A stretch of DNA of 41,907 bases from Candidatus Omnitrophica bacterium CG22_combo_CG10-13_8_21_14_all_43_16 (GTDB lineage Bacteria > Omnitrophota > Gorgyraeia > Gorgyraeales > Gorgyraeaceae): positions 1 to 41,907 of the forward strand of contig PCTH01000028.1 in NCBI GenBank assembly GCA_002771475.1. Reading direction: 5' to 3'. The position numbers and the translations under genes are program-made. The notes beneath the pieces are model-generated. The model worked only from the letters and a program-made list of their open reading frames with translations, ran no database searches and was not told the DNA's origin. Of the stretch, positions 19,349 to 29,019 are shown one piece after another; position 1 is the stretch's first letter; the number at the start of each line of letters is the position of its first letter.

Positions 19349-20115
19349 TTAGGTAAGTTAAAAAGCCTGATGGCGTTTTCAGCAGTCACTGCCGCCACTT
19401 CGTTAAAATCAATCCCTTTTATCTTCGCAACCTCTTCTGCGGCATATTTCACATGCATGGGTTCATTGCGAGCGCCCCTGAAATCCTGAGGAGCCAGGTA
19501 CGGAGCATCTGTCTCAAGAAGCAGCCTGTCCATTGGAACTAATTTTACAATCTCCCTCAGCTTTCCGGCGTTTTTATATGTGATATTGCAGGTGAAAGAT
19601 ATAAAAAATCCCATATCCAGGCATGTCTTTAAAAATTTTTCGTCTCCTGAAAAGCAATGCATGACCCCGCTCAAAGAATTGCCCATGATATTTTTTAAAA
19701 TATCTATCATATCCTCGTGGGAATCGCGATTGTGTATTACCAGGGGCAGCTTCGCGCCTTTTGCGATCTCGAGAAGCCTGGCAAATAATCTCTTCTGATT
19801 CTCCATGGATGAGATATTTCTGTAATAATCAAGCCCGATCTCGCCTATTGCCACAACCTTGGGCTTTTTAAGAAATCCTTCGAAAATCCTAAAATCTCCC
19901 TCGCTTACTTTATCAGCTTCATGAGGATGGATCCCGATAGAGGCGTAAATAAATGCGTTTTCCCGGGCGATCTTTACAGACCTGGCTGTCCCCTCCAGGC
20001 TGGACCCGACATTTATAATAAACTTTACGCCGCTCGCAACGGAACGCTTTAAAACAGCTCCAAGGTCATCATTAAAATCCTTAAAATCCAGATGGCAATG
20101 AGTATCTATCAACAT
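19342..20115 (-). CDS. tatD: TatD family deoxyribonuclease
   Basis: DTHCH, GIHPH, AIGEIGLD, IHNRD, MHCF, ETDAPY. Confidence 0.94.
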   Translation of the reverse strand: MLIDTHCHLDFKDFNDDLGAVLKRSVASGVKFIINVGSSLEGTARSVKIARENAFIYASIGIHPHEADKVSEGDFRIFEGFLKKPKVVAIGEIGLDYYRNISSMENQKRLFARLLEIAKGAKLPLVIHNRDSHEDMIDILKNIMGNSLSGVMHCFSGDEKFLKTCLDMGFFISFTCNITYKNAGKLREIVKLVPMDRLLLETDAPYLAPQDFRGARNEPMHVKYAAEEVAKIKGIDFNEVAAVTAENAIRLFNLPKC

Positions 20116-21266
20116 AGAGGGGACATCTTCCTGAGTCTTTCTACTATAGGAGGGATTTCAACAAGGCAATAATCTACATCTGCTTCCGTGTTCTCATATC
20201 CGAAAGAGAATCTCACGGATCCCTGAGCCATTTCAGGAGGAACAGCCATGGCTGTCAATACATGCGACGGCTCTAAAGACCCGGAAGTGCAGGCAGAACC
20301 TGTTGAAGCAGATATGCCTTTCATGTCAAAGTTCAATACCATTGATTCGCCTTCTATATACCTGAAACTTATATTGAGAGTGCTTGGGAGCCTCTTTTCC
20401 GGATGTCCGTTAAGAGATATTTCTTTAAGCGCTTTATTCAGACCATCCCACATCTTTTTTGTAAGTCTCTTTAAATGGGCGTCGTTCTTTTTCATATCCC
20501 TATGAGCTATTTCAACGGCTTTTGCAAAACCCACAATGCCCGGCACGTTCTCAGTGCCTGCTCTTTTACTTCTTTCGTGATGCCCGCCGTGCTGAAAAGG
20601 CGTTATTTTAACGCCTTTCCTGAGATACATCGCACCTATGCCTTTCGGGCCGTAAACCTTGTGGCCTGAAAAAGAACAGATATCAATCCCGAGGTCTTCC
20701 ACATCAATAGAGAGCTTACCCAGGGCCTGCACGGCATCTGTATGAAAATATATTTTATTCTCGCGGGCTATTTTAGCGATCTCTTTTACAGGCTGTATCG
20801 TACCTGTTTCATTATTGGCTAACATTATAGATATAAGGATCGTATCTTTTCTCACGGCTTCTTTTAATTTATTGATGTCTATTAAACCGTACTTATCCAC
20901 AGGAAGATATGTAACGTCGAAACCCAGCTCTTTTTCTATAAATCTGCACGGTTCCAAAACAGCCAGATGCTCTGTCATGGATGTTATTACGTGCCTTCCT
21001 CTGTTTAGATTAGCCATTGCAACGCCTTTTATGGCGAAATTATCAGACTCTGTCCCTCCTGAAGTAAATATGATATCAGTGGCTTCCGTGCCCAGCGCAT
21101 TTCCGATCACCTCTCTTGCCCCGTCCACTGCCTGCCTTGCCTTCTGGCCCATGGAATATACGCTCGAGGCATTTCCGTAATCCTCGGAAAAATAAGGCAT
21201 CATCGCTTCCAAAACCTCCTTGCGCACCGGAGTTGTAGCATTGTGATCAAGATATATCTGTTTCAT
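20109..21266 (-). CDS. iscS: Cysteine desulfurase (NifS/IscS, group I)
   Basis: YLDHNATT, FTSGGTESDN, NNETG, HTDAVQ, SGHKVYGPKG, STGSACTSG...PSHVL. Confidence 0.92.
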   Translation of the reverse strand: MKQIYLDHNATTPVRKEVLEAMMPYFSEDYGNASSVYSMGQKARQAVDGAREVIGNALGTEATDIIFTSGGTESDNFAIKGVAMANLNRGRHVITSMTEHLAVLEPCRFIEKELGFDVTYLPVDKYGLIDINKLKEAVRKDTILISIMLANNETGTIQPVKEIAKIARENKIYFHTDAVQALGKLSIDVEDLGIDICSFSGHKVYGPKGIGAMYLRKGVKITPFQHGGHHERSKRAGTENVPGIVGFAKAVEIAHRDMKKNDAHLKRLTKKMWDGLNKALKEISLNGHPEKRLPSTLNISFRYIEGESMVLNFDMKGISASTGSACTSGSLEPSHVLTAMAVPPEMAQGSVRFSFGYENTEADVDYCLVEIPPIVERLRKMSPLC

Positions 21267-21280
21267 TTTTTCAGCTCCTT

Positions 21281-22813
21281 CTATTCGATCCTGGGGAAGA
21301 GAGGCGCGGCCTTGCTGATCTTTGTGCCCGACTTAAGCAATCCCCATTTCAAATCATTGAAACTTCTTTTTTCTATTGCCTCAAGGCCGAGCTGCTGGGC
21401 TATCTTAACCGATGTAGCCGGCATGAACGGCATCAATGCCAGAGACACCATCCTCAACGCCTCGCAGAGATCATACATCATATCTTTCAGCTCATCCTGT
21501 TTGTTTTCTTTCGATAATTTCCACGGCGCCTTCTGTTCTATGAATTTATTCGCAATACTTATCAGGCCCCATATGCCATTAAGAGAATAACTAAAATCTA
21601 TATTATCCATGCCTTTTTTTATTTCAGAATCCAGAAGCCCGGCTTTATCGATAAGCGCCTTCGTGATTTCATCCGAATATTTCAAATCCCTTCTTTCAGG
21701 CACAATCCCGGAAAAATATTTCTCAACCATTGACAATGTCCTGTGTAAAAGATTTCCAAGGTCATTCGCCAAGTCGCTATTAATCCTGGAGCGAAGCGCC
21801 TCTTCTGAAAATGACCCGTCTGCCCCGAACTGCACCTCCTTCAGAAGAAAAAATCTATAAGCGTCCACTCCGTATTTATCTGCCATCTCAATGGGATTTA
21901 TGACATTACCTTTCGACTTTGACATCTTGTCCCCGCCTATCTTCCACCAGCCATGCGCGAAAATTGTCTTCGGCAGCTCCAGCCCTGCGGCGTAGAGCAT
22001 TATAGGCCAGTTTACCGCATGCATCCTCAGTATATCCTTGCCTATCATATGCACATCGGCAGGCCAGAACTTATTGAACTTTTCCTCGTCGCTTCCGTAT
22101 CCGCACACGCTTATATAATTTATCAGGGCGTCAAACCAAACGTAAGTAACATGGCCTTTGCTGAAAGGTATCTCTATGCCCCACGATAGCCTTGATTTCG
22201 GCCGGGATACGCATAAATCATTCAAAGGATTTTTTAAAAAACCGAGCACTTCGTTGCGACGCATAGCAGGCAATATAAAATCATCGTGCGATTTTATATA
22301 ATCTATAAGCCAATCCTGATATTTCGAAAGTTTAAAGAAAAAATTCTTTTCTTTTATATGCTCAACTTTTCTCTGGCAATCCGGGCAGTTCCCGTCAACA
22401 AGCTGCGTCTCTATCCAGAAACTCTCGCACGGGGTGCAATACCACCCGCTGTATTCGCCTTCATACAGATCCCCGTTTTTATGGAACATCTCCAATATAT
22501 CTTTTACCACCTTTTCATGCCTGGGGTCTGTTGTGCGTATAAAATCAGTATAATCTATCTCCAGCTTTTTCCACAATCCCAGAAAAACAGGCACTATCGC
22601 GTCAACAAACTCCTTGGGCTCCACGCCTTTTGCCTCGGCCGCGTCTTTTATTTTCTGGCCGTGCTCATCAGTGCCGGTGGCGAATAAAACCTCACAGCCC
22701 ATAAACCTTTTGAATCTGGCAAGCGTATCGCAGGCGATATTCGTATAAGAATGCCCTATATGAGGCGAGCTGTTTACGTAATATATTGGGGTGGTAATGT
22801 AAAATTTTTTCAT
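21281..22813 (-). CDS. metG: Methionine--tRNA ligase (short form without C-terminal tRNA-binding domain)
   Basis: TTPIYY, HIGH, GTDEHG, CTPC/CPDC zinc knuckle, YVWFDAL, GKDI, KMSKS, ends LFPRIE. Confidence 0.97.
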   Translation of the reverse strand: MKKFYITTPIYYVNSSPHIGHSYTNIACDTLARFKRFMGCEVLFATGTDEHGQKIKDAAEAKGVEPKEFVDAIVPVFLGLWKKLEIDYTDFIRTTDPRHEKVVKDILEMFHKNGDLYEGEYSGWYCTPCESFWIETQLVDGNCPDCQRKVEHIKEKNFFFKLSKYQDWLIDYIKSHDDFILPAMRRNEVLGFLKNPLNDLCVSRPKSRLSWGIEIPFSKGHVTYVWFDALINYISVCGYGSDEEKFNKFWPADVHMIGKDILRMHAVNWPIMLYAAGLELPKTIFAHGWWKIGGDKMSKSKGNVINPIEMADKYGVDAYRFFLLKEVQFGADGSFSEEALRSRINSDLANDLGNLLHRTLSMVEKYFSGIVPERRDLKYSDEITKALIDKAGLLDSEIKKGMDNIDFSYSLNGIWGLISIANKFIEQKAPWKLSKENKQDELKDMMYDLCEALRMVSLALMPFMPATSVKIAQQLGLEAIEKRSFNDLKWGLLKSGTKISKAAPLFPRIE

Positions 22814-23604
22814 TTGTTGGTGTAATCTAATTCTATCTGTGTGCCTTCTTCTAATCGAACGAGCACTTTTCGCTTTAACGCATTCACGCTGATAACCTTG
22901 CCTTTGCCTTCCGGCACAGTTATTTTTTCCCCTTCTTTCGGAAGCCCTTTCAGGTATTTTTTATAATTTTCATACTCGTAAGAAAGGCAGCACATAAGCC
23001 TTCCGCACACGCCTGAAATCTTGGTCGGGTTAAGGGACAGATTCTGCTCTTTGGCCATCCTTATGGTAACAGCATCAAAGCCTTTTAAAAAACTGGCGCA
23101 GCATAGAGGCCGGCCGCAATGCCCAAACCCGCCCAGCATCCTTGCCTCATCCCTGACGCCTATCTGCTTTAATTCTATCCTGACCTTAAAGATATGCGCC
23201 AGGTCCTTTACAAGCTCCCTGAAATCCACCCTGTCTTCGGAAGTAAAATAAAAAATGAGCTTTGTGCCGTCAAATGAATACTCGGCATCAATGAGTTTCA
23301 TTTCCAGCTTGCGCTCCTGTATCTTTTTTGCGCATATCTGAAACGCATCTTTAATGCGCTTCTTGTTTTCATTTATCTGGTTCACATCCTCCCTGGTAGC
23401 GACCCGTATTATCTTTTTCAAAGGCTTCTTAAGCTCTTCTTTCGGAATCTTTTCCAGGATGCCTATAACCTGGGCGTAATCCTGGCCTCTTTCAGCGTCT
23501 ATTATCACATAATCGCCCACCTTCGCCTGCAAGCCCTCCGTATTATAAAAAACTATATTTCCGGATTCCCTTATCCTCACCTCTATAATCCCCTGCATAA
23601 TCAC
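22810..23604 (-). CDS. ricT: PSP1-domain protein RicT/YaaT
   Basis: RVDFRELVKDLA, RIELKQIGVRDEA, CGRPLCC, KISGVCGRLMCCL; holB-yaaT-metG context; start GTG 23604 or ATG 23598. Confidence 0.92.
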   Translation of the reverse strand: MIMQGIIEVRIRESGNIVFYNTEGLQAKVGDYVIIDAERGQDYAQVIGILEKIPKEELKKPLKKIIRVATREDVNQINENKKRIKDAFQICAKKIQERKLEMKLIDAEYSFDGTKLIFYFTSEDRVDFRELVKDLAHIFKVRIELKQIGVRDEARMLGGFGHCGRPLCCASFLKGFDAVTIRMAKEQNLSLNPTKISGVCGRLMCCLSYEYENYKKYLKGLPKEGEKITVPEGKGKVISVNALKRKVLVRLEEGTQIELDYTNK

Positions 23605-24569
23605 TGCCTTTCTAGCTCAAGCGCCATATTGAAAAGCGCCATCTTTGGATTTATGTTTCTTCTTATGTAATTTATAGTTTTCATTACGCTGGCTATGTCC
23701 CTTTCTATTTTTTCTGCAGAAAACCTGGCAGAATAAGAAAAGATCTCCTCTATCCTGTCCAGATTCAGAAAAATATTCCTGTCCTGGGTGAATTTTGAAA
23801 CAAGTAGATCCCTGTACCAGGATAAAAGCATGCCGAGCGACGCGTCCAGGTCGTTATATTTTTTATCGTCGCATACCTCTTCCCTGAATATGGCCCTCTT
23901 CCTTAAAAAAAAGTCGTTCAGCATCCTGTCGCGCTCCCTGATATAATCGTTTTCTTTGAAGGCTATTGCCCTGCCCGGGCTGCCCATGGCCATGCGCGAA
24001 AATAAAACCGCTTCCTCTTCATTGAAACCCTGTCTGCTCGTAAGAATTTCCTGAACCTTGTCCCGGCTCAAAAGATTGAACTTCACGATCTTGCATCTGG
24101 AAAATACCGTAGCGAGTATCCCGGAAACAACCGAGGTGGTCAATATGAATATCTGGTTTTCCCTGGGCTCTTCCAGGATTTTCAAAAGCGCGTTCTGCGA
24201 TTCTTCGTTCATATCCTCTGCCTCGGCTATTATAAAAATCTTTTTCCTGGCTTCATACGGCTTCAGGCTCGCCTGATAAATAATATCCCTTATTCTGTCT
24301 ATCTTAATGAAACTGGATCCTTCTTCTTTCCGGATAATAAATAAATCCGGATGATTTAAGGAATTTATTTTCCTGCACGAAACGCATTCTTCGCACGCAT
24401 CCTCTTTTTTTTCGCAATTAATGGCCTTGGCAAATTCTATGCCGGCAGAAAACTTTCCCACGCCGCCGGGCCCGGTAAAGATATAGGCGCCGTTTATATC
24501 TTCCTTGGCAATCATACTACTAAGCGCCCTTACGGCGCTATCCTGTCCTATAATACCCTTTAGCGGCAT
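23601..24569 (-). CDS. holB: DNA polymerase III subunit delta'
   Basis: GPGGVGK, C-x-CxxCxxC zinc site, HPDL, QNALLKILEEP, TVFSRC; follows tmk. Confidence 0.93.
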   Translation of the reverse strand: MPLKGIIGQDSAVRALSSMIAKEDINGAYIFTGPGGVGKFSAGIEFAKAINCEKKEDACEECVSCRKINSLNHPDLFIIRKEEGSSFIKIDRIRDIIYQASLKPYEARKKIFIIAEAEDMNEESQNALLKILEEPRENQIFILTTSVVSGILATVFSRCKIVKFNLLSRDKVQEILTSRQGFNEEEAVLFSRMAMGSPGRAIAFKENDYIRERDRMLNDFFLRKRAIFREEVCDDKKYNDLDASLGMLLSWYRDLLVSKFTQDRNIFLNLDRIEEIFSYSARFSAEKIERDIASVMKTINYIRRNINPKMALFNMALELERQ

Positions 24570-25177
24570 ATTTTTAGAACTCTCTTTCTGATTTCTTCCT
24601 GGGCCAGGGTTATTTCGCCCCCGGAAGATACCACCCTGACTCTTTTAGGTTCTTTTTTTGCGATAGAAAGGTATCCGTTCCTTACCTTATTATGATAAAG
24701 AATGGATTTTCTTTCCATCCTGTCTTTGGACCTGCCTGTCCTTAAAAGCCCGGCCCTGGCGTCTATATCCAGCAAAAACGTAATATCAGGCTTCAGGCCT
24801 TTTGTAACGATGCCGGCTATATTTTCTATGACCTTCAAATCCATGCCTCCGGCATATCCCTGATAAGCAAGGGTGGCGTCGGTAAATCTGTCGCACACCA
24901 CTATCTTTCCCTGCGTAAGAGCGGGCAGGATTTTCTGCTTTACTATCTGGGCCCTGGCTGCCATGTATAAAAGCATCTCGCAAGAAACATCCATGCCTTT
25001 ATTTTTAGGATCCAGGAGGATCTTGCGTATTTTCTCGCTGATCAATGTGCCGCCTGGCTCGCGCGTATGTAAAACCTTATAGCCCTTCTTCCGCAAAAAT
25101 CCGCGCAGCAATCTGGAATGTGTGGTCTTACCGCTTCCTTCAGGGCCTTCAAATGTTATGAATATTCCATGTTTCAT
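24560..25177 (-). CDS. tmk: Thymidylate kinase
   Basis: FEGPEGSGKT, TREPGGT, CDRF, AYQG, PDITFLLD. Confidence 0.96.
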   Translation of the reverse strand: MKHGIFITFEGPEGSGKTTHSRLLRGFLRKKGYKVLHTREPGGTLISEKIRKILLDPKNKGMDVSCEMLLYMAARAQIVKQKILPALTQGKIVVCDRFTDATLAYQGYAGGMDLKVIENIAGIVTKGLKPDITFLLDIDARAGLLRTGRSKDRMERKSILYHNKVRNGYLSIAKKEPKRVRVVSSGGEITLAQEEIRKRVLKICR

Positions 25178-25192
25178 AGTTAATTTCTGTTT

Positions 25193-25374
25193 GGCAGGCT
25201 GGGACCGTTCGGCGCAGAGAGTGTTTCGCCGCGCGCTACGGTTTACGGCTCGTTTTTTATACTGAAGGTAGTCTTGACAGTATAAAAAACTTCGCCGTAA
25301 TCCCTTGCGCGCTTATATTCTAAAAAATCTATTATGCCGAAACCTCTCAAATGCGCCTCAGGTCCCAGCCTGCC
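25193..25374. repeat. Rod-like palindromic element, family A copy 2 (more complete core)
   Basis: 14-bp perfect terminal IR (25193-25206 / 25361-25374), 13-bp perfect inner IR (25252-25264 / 25278-25290), intermediate stems GCGCGC/GCGCGC and TTACGG/CCGTAA. Confidence 0.85.
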
Positions 25375-25392
25375 CAACCGCTATATAACTCT

Positions 25393-26847
25393 CTATATTT
25401 TCTTTTCCCAGACTGTTGTTCCGTCTTTTTTATCTTTTGGAACTAATCCTTTTTTTTCTAGCGCTTTTCTAACCTCATCAGCTGTCTTGAAATCTTTACT
25501 TTTCCTAGCTTCCTCTCGCCTTTTAACTAGTATTTTAATACTATCTGTTAAAGTACCATTATCCGTGTCTTTTACGCCAATATTCTGAATAACATCCACA
25601 TTCAGTAAAGACCCATCTAAAAATTCTTTTGATAAGCCTAAAGTCTTCCCCAAATCAATTAAACTTTCTTTCGCATACTCTAGATTTTCTCCACTTTCTA
25701 TACTTTTATTAATAAAAGATACCATTTCAAAAATAATACCTAGCGCTTGAGCTGTATTAAAATCATCGTCCATAACTTCTTCAAATTTAGAGCGATATTC
25801 GTCGACCAATTTATTGATATTTTTATTAGGCCTAGATTTTGTTTTTATATTTTTCAACTCATTCATTGATGTGCAAATACGCTTATACGCCTCTTTTGCT
25901 CCGTCCATCCTCTCCCACGAAAAATCCACGGGATGGGAATAGTGCGTCTGCAAAAATAATATTTTCAACGCGTCCGCCGGGTATTTGGCCAATATATCCT
26001 CTATGGTGATAAAATTACCGAGGCTCTTTGCCATCTTTTCTTTATTGATGGTCAAAAGGCCGTTGTGCATCCAGCAGCGCGCGAATTTATTGCCCGCGCC
26101 TTCTGACTGCGCAATCTCGTTCTCATGATGAGGAAATATAAGATCTATGCCTCCTCCGTGTATATCAAATTCGCCTCCCAATATATCAGAGCTCATAACA
26201 GAGCATTCTATATGCCATCCTGGCCTGCCGTTTCCCCACGGGCTTTGCCATGAAGACTCGCCCTCTTTTGCGGATTTCCATAAAGCGAAATCCAGAGGGT
26301 CTTTTTTATTCTCCCCCGGGGCTATCCTGGCGCCCGATTCCAGCATCTCAAAACTCTGGTTGGATAATTTCCCGTAACCATTAGCCTTACGCACATCAAA
26401 ATACACATCACCGCCTGACGCGTAAGCCACTTTGCGCTCAATCAGTATTTTTATAAAATCTATCATCTTTCCTATGTACTCTGTTGCCTTCGGCTCTTTA
26501 TCGGGAGGCATAATCCCCAGCCTCTCCATGTATTCGTGGTAAACTTTAAGGTATTTGTCCGAAACCTTTTTCACGGCGATGGTTAAATCCTCACCCTTAA
26601 ATTCTTCTTTTGCCTTATTGATTATTTTGTCGTCTACGTCCGTAACATTTCTGGCAAATTTTACTTCATAACCTTTGTACCTAAAATAACGCCGTACTAC
26701 GTCAAACGCATAAGCGCTTCTCGCGTGCCCTATATGCGGGACATCGTAAACAGTGGGCCCGCAGACATACATGCTGATACACCCTTCCTTGATCGGCTTG
26801 AATTCTTCTTTTTTTCTTGTAAGCGTATTGTATATTTTCATGCTCAT
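25393..26847 (-). CDS. cysS: Cysteine--tRNA ligase
   Basis: YVCGPTVY, HIGH, NVTDVDDKI, DFALWK, GRPGWHIECS, DIHGGG, FPHHENE, KMAKS, DDDFNT; start ATG 26847 (ATGA overlap) or 26841. Confidence 0.97.
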   Translation of the reverse strand: MSMKIYNTLTRKKEEFKPIKEGCISMYVCGPTVYDVPHIGHARSAYAFDVVRRYFRYKGYEVKFARNVTDVDDKIINKAKEEFKGEDLTIAVKKVSDKYLKVYHEYMERLGIMPPDKEPKATEYIGKMIDFIKILIERKVAYASGGDVYFDVRKANGYGKLSNQSFEMLESGARIAPGENKKDPLDFALWKSAKEGESSWQSPWGNGRPGWHIECSVMSSDILGGEFDIHGGGIDLIFPHHENEIAQSEGAGNKFARCWMHNGLLTINKEKMAKSLGNFITIEDILAKYPADALKILFLQTHYSHPVDFSWERMDGAKEAYKRICTSMNELKNIKTKSRPNKNINKLVDEYRSKFEEVMDDDFNTAQALGIIFEMVSFINKSIESGENLEYAKESLIDLGKTLGLSKEFLDGSLLNVDVIQNIGVKDTDNGTLTDSIKILVKRREEARKSKDFKTADEVRKALEKKGLVPKDKKDGTTVWEKKI

Positions 26848-27311
26848 ACCAGGCATACGACTGCGTACGCTGCAAGCGCCTCGCCTCTTCCTATTGCGCC
26901 GATACCTTCCTGGGTCGTGGCTTTCACGTTCACGCTATCAATGGTTATGCCCAGTGCTGCCGCTATCTCCCTTTTCATATTATCTTTAAAAGGAGCTATC
27001 TTAGGCTCTTCCAGTATAATCACTGAATCCACATATTCCACCCTGAAGCCTTTTTTCTTTATCTTCGCTGAAACCTCTTTTAAAAGTTCTGAGCTTGATA
27101 TATTCAAATACCTGTCATCATTCACTGGAAATTGATGGCCTATATCGTCCAGGCCTGCGGCTCCTAAAATAGCATCGCATATGGCGTGAAGAAGCGCGTC
27201 TCCGTCAGAATTGCCCAGCAGGCCTTTTATATACGGGATCTCAATGCCTCCCAGCATAAGCGGCCTCGCGTCCACGAACCTATGAATATCATAACCAATG
27301 CCAACTCTCAT
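26844..27311 (-). CDS. ispF: 2-C-methyl-D-erythritol 2,4-cyclodiphosphate synthase
   Basis: GIGYDIH, SDGDALLHA, DIGHQFP, NVKATT; follows ispD. Confidence 0.95.
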   Translation of the reverse strand: MRVGIGYDIHRFVDARPLMLGGIEIPYIKGLLGNSDGDALLHAICDAILGAAGLDDIGHQFPVNDDRYLNISSSELLKEVSAKIKKKGFRVEYVDSVIILEEPKIAPFKDNMKREIAAALGITIDSVNVKATTQEGIGAIGRGEALAAYAVVCLV

Positions 27312-27994
27312 AAGAACTCCTTTAATAATATTTTTGCCAATTCCAAATCCTCTTTTGTAGTGATTTTTATATTACTATACGAACCCATGACAATCTTTGT
27401 CTTCACGCCTATTTTTTCCACAAGCATGGAATCATCCGTGGCTTTAATATCTTTCTGCCCGGCAATCTTATAAGCCCTTTCTATCATAGCCCTTTTAAAA
27501 ACCTGCGGGGTCTGGGCCTCCCAGAAATATTCCCTGGAAGGGGTGTTTTTAATAAAACCGTCTTCTCCGGCAAATTTCAAAGTAGGCTTCACGGGTACAG
27601 CTGCAATTGCCGCACCGCTTTTGGACGCTTCTTTTAATAAAGCCTCTATCAGCTTATTCGTAACAAAAGGCCTTATGCCGTCGTGGATCAGGATGTAATC
27701 AATATCTTTTGAGACATATTTTAACGCATTGTAAACAGAATCGCTTCTTTCTTTCCCCCCTATTACAAGTCTTGCCTTTTTTATATTATACTTTTTTATT
27801 ATGTCTCTTCGGGCCTTATCAATTTTATCTTTTTCTACGCTGACCAATATCTCTTTTATATTTTTATTTTTGGAAAGCGCTATCAGGGTACGAGCAAGTA
27901 TAGGCTTGGCGCCAAGATTTATGTAAGGCTTTTGTATCTTTGATTTTAATCTGATGCCCGCGCCAGCTGCAGGGACAATAGCCGCTACTCTCAT
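27308..27994 (-). CDS. ispD: 2-C-methyl-D-erythritol 4-phosphate cytidylyltransferase
   Basis: PAAGAGIR, GGKERSDSV, HDGIRP, QTPQVF, TDD, NIKITT. Confidence 0.96.
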   Translation of the reverse strand: MRVAAIVPAAGAGIRLKSKIQKPYINLGAKPILARTLIALSKNKNIKEILVSVEKDKIDKARRDIIKKYNIKKARLVIGGKERSDSVYNALKYVSKDIDYILIHDGIRPFVTNKLIEALLKEASKSGAAIAAVPVKPTLKFAGEDGFIKNTPSREYFWEAQTPQVFKRAMIERAYKIAGQKDIKATDDSMLVEKIGVKTKIVMGSYSNIKITTKEDLELAKILLKEFL

Positions 27995-29004
27995 TTATTT
28001 CTCTTATTATCGTCAGGTAATTTTCCGAATATCATCCTGCCGGCCGCTGTCTGAAGAACGCTGCCCACCACCACATTTACGTTTTGGCCTATCAATCTCC
28101 TGCCGTTATCCACTACTATCATTGTGCCGTCTTCCAGATACCCTACTCCCTGATTGTATTCCTTGCCTTCCTTGATAAGCCTCGTCTCAATCATTTCTCC
28201 CGGCAGAACCACCGGCCTCAGGGAATTGGCAAGCTCATTAACATTCAACACCCTTATGCCCTGTATCTCTGAAACCTTATTCAGGTTATAATCGTTTGTG
28301 AATATCTTTGCGCCCAGGACCTTGGCCAGCTTCACGAGCTTCAAATCCACTTCTTTGATGTCCGGAAAATCATCATTATGTATCTTAACATCTATATTTG
28401 GATTTTTCTGGAGCTTCCCCAGTATATCGAGGCCTCTTTTCCCGCGTTCGCGCTTGAGAGAATCCGCAGAATCAGCTACCTGCTGTAATTCTTTTAATAC
28501 AAAACGCGGAACTATGAATTTCCCGTCCAGAAAACCTGTCTTGCATATATCCGCAATCCTGCCGTCTATAATAACGCTTGTATCCAGCAGTATCATCTCG
28601 TCCCTCTGGTCCTGCCTTGAAAATTTTACATAAGGCACTATTATATTAAACTCGTCCCTGCCTCGTATGGCCATAATCATTCCCAGATAGCAGAATACAA
28701 GGGTCAGCACAACTCGCAGGGAATACACAAGATTTTTATCAAAAGATATGAGAGCCAGCGTATCGGATACCAGTTTCGCCATTATGAGGCCGAATAACAG
28801 TCCGAAAACAGCTGACGAAAGGCCCCTGACAGACACCTTTCTCATGGTAAACTCCAGGATAATTATGAGCATGGCTATTAAAAAACCTATCGATGCGCCA
28901 AGCATGCTGAAATCAGCTGAACCTGCCTGCACAAACGAGCCTATCTGAAAACCTATTATAACGCTGAGCACCACAAAGAATACACGTATAAAAATTAATG
29001 TCAT
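27991..29004 (-). CDS. Membrane PIN/TRAM-domain protein (YacL-like)
   Basis: N-terminal TM helices, LDTSVIIDGRI, RGKRGLDIL, TNDYNLNKV, GVGYLEDGTMIVV, QTAAGRMIF; directly upstream of ispD. Confidence 0.93.
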   Translation of the reverse strand: MTLIFIRVFFVVLSVIIGFQIGSFVQAGSADFSMLGASIGFLIAMLIIILEFTMRKVSVRGLSSAVFGLLFGLIMAKLVSDTLALISFDKNLVYSLRVVLTLVFCYLGMIMAIRGRDEFNIIVPYVKFSRQDQRDEMILLDTSVIIDGRIADICKTGFLDGKFIVPRFVLKELQQVADSADSLKRERGKRGLDILGKLQKNPNIDVKIHNDDFPDIKEVDLKLVKLAKVLGAKIFTNDYNLNKVSEIQGIRVLNVNELANSLRPVVLPGEMIETRLIKEGKEYNQGVGYLEDGTMIVVDNGRRLIGQNVNVVVGSVLQTAAGRMIFGKLPDDNKRNK

Positions 29005-29019
29005 AGAATCTCCCTATTT

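Noticed and set aside
25274-25287. TTGACA next to TATAAA as a promoter
   Set aside because: The hexamers are 1 nt apart, not about 17
25178-25392. T-box riboswitch near cysS/metG
   Set aside because: The element lies downstream of cysS and upstream of tmk, has no T-box consensus (GGTGGNACC) and no terminator U-tract
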